DNA of 64,000 nt from Macrostomum lignano (GCA_002269645.1 NIVC01000010.1:558001-622000), one strand, 5' to 3'; shown: positions 11,517-24,167, counted from the stretch's first letter. Translations and numbers: made by a program. Notes: generated by a model from the sequence alone, not told the origin.

Positions 11517-14500
11517 TCATTCCAACGCAGAATTATCCGATTCATATCTATTATCGGCAGCCTTGACAGAGTCAGAACCAGATCTAGAGCCAGATCTAGA
11601 GCTTGATCTAGAGCCAGATCTAGAGCCAGATCTAGAGCTTGACTTAGAGCCAGATCTAGAGCCAGATCTAGAGCCAGGATCATACAAAGATTTGCCACCG
11701 AGCAGTTGCTCTGTCATCGAGTCAGTTTGCTGACGCAGTTCTTCAAGCCGATCCTCGGCTCGATCGGCATCCAGGCGAATGGCTTCAACAGCCGAGATCA
11801 GCGAGTCCAAGGTTGCGTGTCCAATCAGCTGCATCCGGTGTGCGAGGCGCTCGACTGCAAGGGTGATGGCGGATTGCGCAATTGAAAGCTAACTAGATTT
11901 AGCGCTAAATTACACAGCAAAGCTAACTAAACTGGATTTGGCGCTAAATTACACAGCAAAGCTAACTAAACTGGATTTGGCGCTAAATTACACAGCAAAG
12001 CTAACTAAACTGGATTTGGCGCTAAAATACACAGCAAAGCTAACTAAATTGGATTTGGCGCTAAATTACACAGCAAAGCTTTGCTAACCAAACTGGATTT
12101 AGCGCTAAATTACACAGCAAAGCTAACCAAACTGAATTTGGCGCTAAATTACACAGCAAAGCTAACCAAACTGGATTTGGCGCTAAATTACACAGCAAAG
12201 CTAACCAAACTGGATTTGGCGCCAGATTACACAGCAAAGCTAACCAAACTGGATTTGGCGCTAAATTACACAGCAAAGCTAAGCAAACTGGTGTTGTGAT
12301 TTAAAAAACTCAATGTACTTGCCCATACTGTAGCTCTCTCTCTCTCCCTTTTGACAACTCTCCCTACCCCTTCCATGCTAGCCACCTATTGTGAGCTATT
12401 TTTATAAAGTTTACTTACTTAACTTTGGTGCCACTGCACTAGACCTAATCAATTGATGAATTATTATTGTAGTTGTTTAGCCTTTGTCTGCGGTTTTCTC
12501 ACCCCTGATTATTATTATCCTTCCCCCTCCGTGCCCTCTCATTGGCTGTCGCTGTTATTTGCAATTATTGTTTTCTACCCCCAGTCGCGTTCTGCGTGGC
12601 TGCAGCCAATCCCCGCTCGCTCTCTCTGCCCCACCCCGCCGTTTCTCTTACCCTGAAGCTTTTGCCCCACCCCATTTTGTACTGACTAATATTTATTGGC
12701 GCGCGCTCCTTCCCCCCGCTATCCCTTGGTTCGCTTCTCTTTTGGCTCCTTCGCCGCTCCGGCTAAAACCAATACAAACAATATACTCTTACAATCGCAG
12801 CAATCGTATTTCAACATAGACGCCAAGAGCGCCCAGTGAGCAACCTACGCCACCGTAAGTATCGTTCTGCTTTTGTTATTTGGGGCTCTAGCGCCATGAG
12901 GTCATCGTCACCAGGGCCTGTGCGTTCGCTGCGACCCTGGTTGCCGGCCTTCTGCCTGCGCGTTTGTGCGACAGTGGGTTGGCAAGCAGCAGAACTAAGG
13001 CTGAGTTTCCCTGCTCGTACAGAGCGCGAGACGAAGCTGGCTGGCTGCTGGATTTGGCGCTAAATTACACAGCAAAAGCTAACTAAACTGCTGGATTTGG
13101 CGCCTGAAACAGAACAAAGCCTATAATTTGATTTGGTTGGCTAATGAAATTAAACATTCTATAAATTTGGTAACTTCCTGGCAGTCTGTGAAAATACTTT
13201 ATTGTTGCAATTTGTTCATCAATTTTCATTAACTTTCGACGCATCACCATTTCCATAAAAACTTGCTAGCCATTTGCCAATAGATGCTGTTTTTAACAGA
13301 GAAAACTGGTATGCTATATGTGTACTTTTATAAAATAGGTCAATTTGTTGACAAGCCTAGAGATCAATTAGCTATTAGTAGGCCTAGTAAAAAAGCCCAG
13401 CTATTTCAGCAAGAAAATTCCGCCTTTGGTAATCATCATTTTTGAGCAGCACAGGGCATTGCGAAAATTGGCAAAATGAGCTTACATTTATGCCTAGCAA
13501 TGCGAAATTGAATATAGGAAGATACGAATTTTCATAATACTATAGTAAGTGATTAAGTGAGGAGCAAGCAGTTGGGGGCAATTGCTGAGATGTCAAGGCT
13601 TACAGAGGGGAATTGCTGAGATGTCGAGGCTTACAGAGGGGAATTGCTGAGATGACGAGGCTTACAGAGGGGAATTGCTGAGATGTCGAGGCTTACAGAG
13701 GGGAATTGCTGAGATGTCGAGGCTTACAGAGGGGAATTGCTGAGATGTCGAGGCTCTTGGGAAGAATTGTTGAGAGATGTCAAAGATCATGGGAGAATTG
13801 CTGAAATTCTATGGCTCATGGGGGTTGCTAAGATGCTTTGAGTCAGAGCTCATAGAGGGTCAGATATGAGAGCATCGTAGACTGGATAGCAGGCTTTCGG
13901 GGCTGGTGCTTTTTTGTTTAAAACACCTTTTCCTTAACAAACTTCCGGTAGTTAATTCAAGAAATGTTATTAAACTTACTTGACATTCGAACTAGCCGAG
14001 TTATCTCTTCCGTGATCTTCAATTCGTCTTGGAATTTCTCACTGCGACATCGAAAGCGATGCTCACGAGCCTCCAGGTCCGACAGTCGGGCAGCGATGCC
14101 AGCTTGGCGGCTGATGGATGCGTTATAATGTTTTTTGGCTTAGGATTTGTCTGCTTTAGCTAGGGCCTAGTGCAGTAATGCAGTAATATCTACGTAGGTG
14201 TCAGACACAGCGTTTGTCACTTTTGAATAATGATTTCGTTACGGTAGTAGATAATACTAATTAAGGTCCACGTCTATCTATAGCTGGAGCTCAAAAATAG
14301 TAATCAAAACAGTTTTTAGCTGGGGTATGATGGCCATGAATGTGTGATAAAGTAATCTAGTTAGTCATCATTCATAGCTAATGTATAAAGGTAAACAGAA
14401 ACATGTTAATTAATATTTACATGTAGCTTTCTTTGAAGAATTGATTCAATAAATGAATAAAATAACCTTTCTGTAACTTTTATCAGAATCAGAACTTTAA

Positions 14501-16251
14501 AGTATGAGATGGCAGACTTGAAAGTGGAAAAGTAAAAAATTAAAGTACAAAAGAACTAACTAACATACCTTCCCGTCTCGGCTGAACTAGCTCGTCTAGC
14601 GTTAGAACTCTCAACTAGTCTCAGATGATCCCTTAGTCGATAGTTTAAAGTTCTAGTCGACTCAGAATGAGCTCTCTTGGCCCGTACTGCAGCCAGTTGT
14701 TGCTGCTTCAACTGCAGCTCCAATTCAAGGGCGTTGGCTTCAAGATGGAGTTTGATGTCGCGGACTGAGGACAGGGGCGATGCGAGTACAGGAACAGGTG
14801 ATGTTTAGTCATCTGAGCCGCCTCTATTAACAGGTGATGGTGGTCTGAGCTGTCTCTATTAACAGGTGATGCTTGGTGGTCTGAGCTGTCTTTATTAACA
14901 GGTGATGGTGGTCTGAGCTGTCTCTATTAACAGGTGATGCTTGGTGGTCTGAGCTGTCTCTATTAACAGGTGATGCTTGGTGGTCTGAGCCATCTCTATT
15001 AACAGGTGATGCTTGGTGGTCTGAGCTGTCTCTATTAACAGGTGATGGTGGTCTGAGCCGTCTCTATTAACAGGTGATGCTTGGTGGTCTGAGCTGTCTC
15101 TATTAACAGGTGATGCTTGATGGTCTGAGCCGTCTCTATTAACAGGTGATGCTTGGTGGTCTGAGCTGTCTCTATTAACAGGTGATGCTTGGTGGTCTGA
15201 GCTGTCTCTATTAACAGGTGATGCTTGTTCATCTGAGCTGTCTCAAATGACAAGTGATACATAACATAATTATCTTATTTCTACTAACAAATTATGTTTC
15301 ATGCTCTAAATCTAGATCAAGTTTATAGGTTATGTGTGATAAAATACAATCTTATGTCATGATTAGTATCTAACTTTGTACTTTCTATAAAAGTAGTTTA
15401 TAAGTAAATTTTGTTATGAAATTAGAATTATTGAATTCTTACCAGAATTCAAGTATTCCTGCAATGATAATGGGGGTGATAATGAAATGATTATGAATTT
15501 TTAATTAAGAAGTAGAGAACAATTAACTAATCAAGCCAACTTTTTTGGCCAAAATGAGCAAGTCTTTACAAGCAGTTTTATATACTACTTAAAATAATTT
15601 TAATACAATAAATATTGAACATGATCAAGACAATAACTTTTACTTAAATATAGTCAGCTTATTTTTAAAAGCTTTTCTTTTTATTAAAAGTTAAGAGCAT
15701 AATTATTTAATAAGTAAAATATTAAATATATATTATAGAATAAAATACCCCATACATTTTTGGTTTAAAAAATATGGGGCCTACACTAGGCCTATTTTAA
15801 AGCAATAGCAAATACTTTTGTTAGACAGCTTCAAAATAAGACCAACCTCTACCAAATATTTTATATATAGACCTATAAAATTAAGATGAGAAGACAACTA
15901 TTTTAAAAATCAATCTTCAGTTTCATGGTTGGGGTTTACTAGGCCTAGGACTAACTGAATGCATTTTGGAAGCTTACAAACTAATTAAGCTAGTGCCTAA
16001 GTAATTAACCTGTTCAATAAAGATCAAAAGCTGCAAAGGACATACAGGCTTTATGTACACACAAAGTATACGTTGTCAGTACTTACTATGCTTCGAAGCT
16101 CTTCTTTAGACACCTCCCGATCTGGAGCATTTGGTACACACAGGTTTACATCTCTTGGATCAACTTCAAGCAATCGTATTTCAGATAATTCTTTTGCTTC
16201 TGTCAATACTTCGTTAAAAAAATTCTGCGCTGCTTCATCTAACTTATTCAT
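11517..16251 (-). CDS. Uncharacterised coiled-coil protein (~281 aa); exons 16251-16087, 15458-15443, 14764-14569, 14110-13980, 11854-11517
   Basis: Five exons join with GT-AG sites in matching phases (0,1,2,1) into one open frame: MNKLDEAAQ...EELRSI|EYLNSV|[22 protein letters not shown]...|[16 protein letters not shown]...|[10 protein letters not shown]...DRLEELRQQ. Heptad-rich. Resemblance to CCDC151/CCDC183-type proteins is weak and unverified. Confidence 0.7.
11574..11675. repeat. 12/18-bp tandem repeat (agatctagagcc) inside the predicted last exon
   Basis: Encodes (RSGS)n on the minus strand. Confidence 0.85.
11888..12291. repeat. 39-bp minisatellite (ggatttggcgctaaattacacagcaaagctaactaaact); resumes at 13048-13105
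   Basis: About 10 copies, then a ~756-bp unrelated insert, then 1-2 more copies. Confidence 0.92.
13583..13830. repeat. 31-bp minisatellite (gagatgtcgaggcttacagaggggaattgct)
   Basis: About 5 good copies plus degenerate copies. Confidence 0.88.
14792..15250. repeat. 36-bp minisatellite with shorter variant units (aacaggtgatgcttggtggtctgagctgtctctatt)
   Basis: About 13 copies, intronic. Confidence 0.92.
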
Positions 16252-16695
16252 TTTTGGGTTCGCTCAGAAGTAAAAATTAAGCAGGAAATTATCTCCTCGT
16301 TGTCTCTAACTAATGGGTCGGACCCGTAATTAATACCCGTTGTTGTATTAATTTCTAGCGCGTGGTCGAAAAACTTGAAACTTTGAATGCTTTTAATATT
16401 TATTAATGATTTTAGCAAGAAACACACAACCAAAATAATACTACAAGCTTAATAGTAAATTGCTAAACTTATGTTAGATAGCTTTAGTACTGGAAGTAAA
16501 CTACATAGCTATTTGTTTTAGTATGTCACGATGCGAGATATGTCGACATATGTCATATTTAAATATGACCGTGTCTGCAGTGCTTGCTGCACGAGCATTT
16601 TTGGATTTATTTCTTACAGGCAACCATGAAAAATAAATCTAGTGACTCCTTACAAAATAATGATTATGTACGCGCATAATTTTGAAGATTTCGGA

Positions 16696-19600
16696 CTAAA
16701 CGCTGCTGACATATTGTGAAACTAGAATGCTGGGATTATCTGGGATACAGTTATGATTAATTGCAAGGAGAGCTCTAGCATCCACTTCCTTAGAAGTATT
16801 GCATGCGTTAGTCTCTAAGTCAGAGAGCGAATCACAAGCTGAAGTGGGTATTGCTACATTTGCGCGGGTAAAGCTAGACATGAGACTTCTTAATTGAATT
16901 AGCGCTTCGTTTCTTCTTACAATTCCTTGACACCTGAAGACTCCTAAAAGCACTCTTTTGTACTCATCATTCATAAACAGGTAGAAAAATGGATTAAGAA
17001 AAGCGTTCATGTAGCACATTATCCAAGAAAGAATATAGATAGAATCTGTCTTCAAGATGTCAGTCTTTTTCATCATAATCATGTTGTCAAGAATGTGCCA
17101 GGGTAAATTAGCCAACAGAAATGAGACTAACACGCAGGTGACTATTCGAAAAGACTTGCTGAGTCGGCCAGTCACTGTTTGGCGCCGAACAGCTGTGCCG
17201 CTGCGATGCAGTCGAAGTCCAGATGAGCTGCCATCCGATTCGTTTGATTGACTTGTCTGGCCGCCGCTGATCTTAGCTTGCAAGGTTAATTTATTCGAAC
17301 TAGCGTTAGCGTTGTTGCTACCCGATGCCAACTGGTTCGCCGATGATGTCGAGTGCTGTTGGTGTACGTGTCTCTGAAATCGATTAAGATCGACTTGATA
17401 TTATTATAGCTTTCTATAAAACTACATAAATGACGCGGACACACCAGGAGATCATAGCCCCTGCCTAAACCCATAATTCAATTGCAAACTTCATCATTGG
17501 CCTGTAAGACTGTTATGATTGAATTCGATAGTAAGAATAGAACAGATTGAGCCAATTAGCTAGACTATTAATCAAATGAATAAATAAATAGTAGCAGGAG
17601 CGGAGAAGATGAATTTACTTAATTGTACAGTATATATTAGTTAATATCTTAGTCCTTTACCGTGGCATGGCGTATCACAGTATGGTGAATCGATCATTCT
17701 ACCGGTGTTAGCCCTGACTGATCGTTACTAGGCGAAAACGTAGATTTTAGCATTCAAGGATCCATTTAAATTCGGCGCGCGGGAGAGAGAACAAAATAGT
17801 ATATAATAGTATTTATCTAACTAAAAATCTAATGAAGTGAGAAGCAGAAAGATTTTTGCTTCACTAGGAGCGCAGATTTCGAGCTGCAGTGCTCAGGTAG
17901 TCTATCAACGAGATGGCAAACTACGAGTAGTACCACTTTCACTGCCCGCTTCTGTGTCCGATCCTTTGTCCGAATATTTGTTTACTTTTTCTTCCACTTT
18001 GCTGTGTGCGATTGATTCTCTGTTTGAGTAACTGTCCGATTCTGTGTCTGATTCTCTGTCCGATTCTCTGTCCGATTCTCTGTCTGATTCTCAGTCCGAT
18101 TTTCTGTCCGATTCTGTGTCCGATTCTGTGTCTGATTCTCTGTCCGATTCTCTGTCCGATTCTCTGTCTGATTCTCAGTCCGATTTTCTGTCCGATTCTG
18201 TGTCCGATTCTGTGTCTGATTCTCTGTCCGATTTTCTGTCCGATTCTGTGTCCGATTATGTGTCCGATTCTGTGTCCGATTCTGTGTCTGATTCTCTGTC
18301 CGATTTTCTGTCCGATTCTGTGTCCGATTATGTGTCCGATTCTGTGTCCGATTCTGTGTCCGATTCTCTGTTCGATTTTCTGTCCGGTTCTCTGTCCGAT
18401 TTTCTGTCCAATTCTGTGTCCGTTTCTTTGTCCAATTCTGTGTCCGATTCTCTGTCTTTGATTCTCTGTCTGATTATCTGTCCAATTCTGTGTCCGAGTC
18501 TGTGTCCGATTCTGTGTTCGATTCTGTGTTCGATTCTGTGTTCGATCCTGTGTCCGATCCTGTGTCCAATTCTGTGTCTTTGATTCTGTGTCCGATCCTG
18601 TGTCCAATTCTGTGTCCGATCTGTGTCCGATTCTATGTCCGATCCTGTGTCCAATTCTGTGTCCGATTCTGTGTCCGATTTTGTGTCCAATTCTCTGTCC
18701 GATTCCCTGTCCGATTTGCTGTTTAATGCTGTATCCATGATCCCAATTCTACCGTCAAACTTTTGATCAAACAGCACATCCCTATATAGCGTTGGAAGAA
18801 TCCCAGTATCATGCTGCTAAAGCCACATACAGTAGAGCAACCTAATTCAGCAACACGCCCGCCACACTTGTCAGTTCGAATTTGGAAAAGCCGAACTGCA
18901 AGAGGCGCTGATGCGAGATGCCAGGCAGAATGAACTCTGCAGCTATTTATTGATTTCTTGTCAGTTCTATTAGTATATATAGTGATCTACGAGTATAACG
19001 ATTATGATTGAAACTTGCGAGAATTTTTTAGTAGGGATTTTACACGTTTGGGATTTAAAAAACGATTGGGATTTGATGTGGCTTCATATTAACATAACGT
19101 TCCCATGAGAGTTCGAGAGATCGATAAGCCTAGAAGGTTGGAAGTTTTTCTATGCTAATTATCTCACACAGTTAGTTAAGCAACGATAATGCTCAGAAAT
19201 GTCACGCCTGACCTGGCTGATACTTAAGTACGCAGCTATAATTGGGCTGTTTTGAGCTTGGAGGGGGGCGCCAAGTTATTCGCGTGTTGCGGGATATCCC
19301 CGCTCTCAGGGAAGAAGCAATACCATGTGTACGTTTTTAACTATTGAGCACTTTGAACCGGCCTTTTTTTGCACCGAATTTGGCGCATCGAACTAACATT
19401 TTGGCGCCCCCTTTGCACGAATATTGGTGCCCTTTTTCACCAAGTTTGGCGCCCCTTTACACCAAGTTTGGCGCTCCTTTTCACCAAGTTTGGCGCCCCC
19501 TTTCAGCAAGTTTGGCGCTCCTTTTCACCAAGTTTGGCGCCCCTTTTCAGCAAGTTTGGCGCCCCCTTTACACCAAGTTTGGCGCTCCTTTTCACCAAGT

Positions 19601-21500
19601 TTGGCGCCCCTTTTCAGCAAGTCTGGCGCCCCCTTTACATCAAGTTTGGCGCTCCTTTTCACCAAGTTTGGCGCCCCTTTTCAGCAAGTCTCGCGCCCCC
19701 ATTACACCGATTTTGGCGCCACTTTTCACCAATTTTGGCGCCCCCATTACACCGATTTCAGCGCCCCTTTACTCGTACACCGATTTTGGCGCCCCCTTTT
19801 ACACCGATTTTGGCGCCACTTTTCACCAATTTTGGCACCCCATTTACATCAAGTTTGGCGCCCCCTTTGCACCAATCTAAGTCGCTCTCTAGCCGCGGAA
19901 TGCCCTTAAAGATGCTACTCGATCTGTCATCTCACAGTCCAGCTATAAGCAGCAATAGAGCCAATCAATATACGAGGAGGTTTTAGGGGAAAAGAAAAAC
20001 TATTAACGAATTCATTAATCAACCGAAGCCGGCGGCGCAGTGGTCACTGACTGCTGTTTAAGGGAGCAGAGATCCCGCTCTGCTTCCTCCCCCTGTCCCA
20101 TTTCCAATACTGGTCACAAAAAAGTTAACCGCTTGCGCACTCTCGAAGAAGTACAGAATGCGGAGCTGAGTGAGTCAGGCTTATAAGAGTACAGGATACT
20201 GTTGGCATCAATGGATATGCTTATTGATGCTCCAGTGCGGCTGCATATTCATCTAGAAATGATAAATTTATGCATCAAAAAACTGTCATTTTACCGTCCT
20301 TATTTCAGCTAAATTTGGTTTTCCGTCGTATTTATACTGTAACGTACTCTTAATTAGCAGTGAGAGATCAAACAAACAAACTGGCCGGTTTAATTGCTTA
20401 ATGTACATTGAGCCCACACTAGCCTACCGCCAGTGAAATTGCTTAATGTACATTGAGCCCCACACTAGCCTACCACGCCGGTTTAATTGCTTAATGTACA
20501 TTGAGCCCCACACTAGCCTACCACGCCGGTTTAATTGCTTAATGTACATCGAACCCCGCACTAGCCTAACACGCCGGTTTAATTGCTTAATGTACATCGA
20601 ACCCCGCACTAGCCTAACACGCACTAGCCTACCACGCCGGTTTAATTGCTTAATGTACATCGAACCCCGCACTAGCCTAACACGCCGGTTTAATTGCTTA
20701 ATGTACATCGAACCCCGCACTAGCCTAACACGCACTAGCCTACCACGCCGGTTTAATTGCTTAATGTACATCGAACCCCGCAGTAGCCTAACACGCACTA
20801 GCCTACCACGCCGGTTTAATTGCTTAATGTACATCGAACCCCGCACTAGCCTAGTGGCACGTTTTATGTAGACCAATCTAAACCAAAGGGATTACTCGCT
20901 GCTATTGATCAGAATCAATAAAATAATTTATTTTTTTCTCTTAGCTATTTTCAGTAGCACCTTGTTGTCTTAAAAATTAAAAAAAATCCGCCCACCAGCA
21001 CGTATAATTTTCCTGCAGTTTTTCAAAAAAATCAAAATAAGCCCGAAAACTTTTTTGGCTTCTTCGGGCCCAGAAATTTTCTATTTCTGTTCTGGAGAAA
21101 ACTGAGGCTCGTGATACGAGATTTTCCAACTGATGAAGCCTAAGAGACTGGAGGGCCGCTGTGTGCCTTCCGGCTTCAAAGGAATTAGTTCACACCCCAG
21201 CTTCCCAGATTTTCTCTCTATCTCTCCCTATCTCACTCACTCTCTGCCCCGAGAACACGGCAGTGTTGGCTAAAAAATATTCTGAGATCGAAAAATAGTG
21301 TAGCATTAGGAGGATTATTGAGAGATTTAGGCTGGCATGATCCCAGCTCCCACAGGGCTCGAAGTAGTCTCAAAGCCTTTGGCTGTCTCTTACTGGCTCA
21401 AAAAGTCTCTAAAGCATCGTGTCTACACTGCTTGCCTGCCTATCTATCTGCCTGTCTGTCTGTCTGTCTGTCTGCCTGTCTGTCTGTCTGTCTGTCTGAC

Positions 21501-21579
<79 letters not shown>

Positions 21580-21592
21580 GACTGTCTGTCTA

Positions 21593-21639
<47 letters not shown>

Positions 21640-21642
21640 GCC

Positions 21643-21739
<97 letters not shown>

Positions 21740-24167
21740 GCCTGTCTGTCTATGTCTGTCTGTCTGTCTGTCTGTCTATGTCTGTCTGTCTGTCTGTCTG
21801 TCTGCCTGTCTGTCTCTATCGATGCACAATGATGATTATAATGCTTTCCCAGATTCCGAGCCAAATTTTTTGAATCTGGACAGACCCCAGAGCACTAAAG
21901 CGGGATTCACGGAATCGCAGTGGCGCCTTCGCTGCGCTGTCAGATTACAGCCGTGCTGTCCGCTTGGAAACAGGAGCCGGCATTAAAAGCACAGCTTTGT
22001 TTCGCTTCTGCCACTGCTGCACAGCCTTTGTGCCCAGTTGGCTTTTGCTGCTTCTAGTAGGGCAAAATTTGCTGGCCAGACCGTGGCCGATCCATCATTA
22101 TCTTTGGGGCGTTGGGGCCGCCTGCTTCTAGGGGCAGAGACCCCCCTTTTTCTGGTTGCAGAAATAATAACACTGCGCTATAATTATGGACATGAATTGT
22201 GTTGGGGGATTCGCTGTCAAGTGCTTTACTTCTTGGTGTTGTTCAATAAAAAGGCCAAGCTATGTAAAAGTGCTAGATTTTAGGTAATTTCAGTCAGTCA
22301 GTCAGTCAGTCAGTCAGTCAGTCAGTCAGTCAGTCAGTCAGTCAGTCAGTCAGTCAGTCAGTCAGTCAGTCAGTCAGTCAGTCAGTCAGTCGCTCAGGTG
22401 AGAAACCTGACTCCCATGACTTTGCCGAGCATGCTCAATTAGTTTAGTTATTATTACTCCAGTGACTTCTCGAACCTGGAGTTTCAAGGGCAGCTGATTT
22501 AAAGCGGGGTCAATGCAGGTGGGCCTCTGAATCAGCGGGCCGTGACTTTTTCTGACATCGTGGCTTGGATTTCCTCTACCGGCTTTGACAGAGCAGAAAT
22601 TTTGTCCAGGCCAGCGTAAGAAAGCCGAGTCGGAGGGGCTCTCGCGTCATGCGTCATCCAACTCAGACTTTAGGCAAGATCTGCCCCTATTGGTAAAGTC
22701 GTGGTTATTAACCCTGAGAAGCTCAACTTGAGGCCTGAACAGAATACAAGCTATGCCCCAAAAACGCCTCAATCCGACTTAAAACTCGGCCCTCACCCTA
22801 AGCAGAGTCCGCCCCAAGATCCGGCCTTCACCCAGAACAAAGTCCGCATCAAAATCCGCCCCAAAATCCGCTCCAAAATCCGCCCCAAAGTCCGCCCCAA
22901 AATCCGCTCCAAAATCCGCCCCAAAGTCCGCCCCAAAATCCGCTCCAAATCCGTCCCAAAATCCTCCCTAAAATCCGCCCCAAAGTCCACCCCCAAATCC
23001 GCCCCAAAATCCGCTCCAAAATCCGCCCCAAAGTCCGCCCCGAAATCCGCTCCAAAATCCGTCCCAAAATCCTCCCTAAAATCCGCCCCAAAGTCCACCC
23101 CCCAAAAACGCCCCAAAATCCGTCCGAAAAAATCCTCCCTAAAATCCGCCCCGAAATCCGCCCCAAAATCCGCCCCAAAATCAGCCCCTCAATCTAAGCA
23201 GGGTTCGCCCCCAATCCACCCCTCACTCTGAGCAGAGTCCGCCACCATCAATCCGTCCCAAAATCCGCCCCAAAATCCGCCCGAAATCCGCCCCAAAGTC
23301 CGCCCCAAAATCCGCCCCTCACCCTGAGCCGAGTCCACGCCCAAAATCCGCCCCTCACCCTGAGCAGAGTCCGCCCATCCATCCGCCCATCCATCCGCCC
23401 ATCCATCCGCCCCTCACCCTGAGCAGAGTCCGCGCCCCGCCGGCGCCGCCAGCCCGTCCAACCGCCCCGGCGTGCCTGTCGCCGCTGCTGCGCAGAATTC
23501 TCATCACCACCGCAGCGTAAAAGAAGACCAGCAGGATGACGGGGATGTACAGAGCCAGAGTCCGTTGCACCAGCGCAGCCGTGGGGTTCTTGTAGATCGG
23601 GTGCGAGCAGGTGCTGGGGTCGGCAACGGCTCGGTAGTCGGTGGCCAGCACCCACACGGGGAAGGTGAGCACATTCCTTGTCGTAGTGAAGATCCACAAG
23701 CCAACGCAGAGTCGAATCTGATTGGTCCGGTGCATCCAGCGCTTGTGCGCGAACACGCAGTTGGTGGCCAGGAATCGATCGAACGCCACGGCGGTGACGC
23801 TAACCACGCCGACATTGGTGCTGACGTAGTCGCAGGTGATCCACAGGTCGCAGGCCCACATCGGCAGCGGCCAGGAGTCGAACAGGGTCGCCGCCAGGTA
23901 GCCGGGCAGCGCTGCGGCCCCTATAAGGATGTCGCTGCTCACCATCAGGCCGACGATGAGCACGTGACCGGGCACCCGGCGAACGCTGGGACTGCGCACG
24001 AAGGCCCACATGATGACGGAGTTGACGCTGGTGATGAAGACCGATAGCAGGAGGCCCAAGCAGCCGTAGAGGGCGCGCTCGCTGGCCGAGTAGCGGCCTC
24101 TGCTGTCGGCAGCCTCGCCTGAGGAGTTTCCAATGCTCAACTCTGCTAGAGAACTGTTGTTCATCAT
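16696..24167 (-). CDS. Class A GPCR, muscarinic/aminergic-like orphan (~475 aa); exons 24167-23418 and 17373-16696
   Basis: Exon 1 encodes TM1-5 ([33 protein letters not shown]). Exon 2 encodes ICL3, TM6 (FLLANLPW) and TM7 ([12 protein letters not shown]). Phase-0 join AGG|gtgagg ... tttcag|AGA across a ~6-kb intron. Confidence 0.85.
18035..18720. repeat. 12-bp minisatellite (tccgattctgtg)
   Basis: Tandem array in the GPCR intron. Confidence 0.93.
19395..19870. repeat. 22-bp minisatellite (caagtttggcgccccttttcac)
   Basis: About 20 copies, most containing TTTGGCGC. Confidence 0.92.
20383..20855. repeat. 48/63-bp minisatellite (ccggtttaattgcttaatgtacatcgaaccccgcactagcctaacacg)
   Basis: About 9 copies; units near-identical, no unique spacers. 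Confidence 0.92.
21430..21818. repeat. (CTGT)n microsatellite
   Basis: Direct inspection. Confidence 0.97.
22290..22391. repeat. (CAGT)n microsatellite
   Basis: Direct inspection. Confidence 0.97.
22845..23417. repeat. 12-bp minisatellite (aaatccgcccca) with duplicated donor-site units
   Basis: Abuts the GPCR exon-1 donor. Confidence 0.9.

Noticed and set aside
20383-20855. CRISPR-like look of the 48/63-bp array (also the 39- and 51-bp arrays)
   Set aside because: No unique spacers, no cas genes, eukaryotic context.
21100-21185. Hammerhead ribozyme candidate (CTGATGA at about 21130)
   Set aside because: Stem II is not followed by GAAA and the three-way junction cannot be built. CTGACGA at about 53595 fails the same way.
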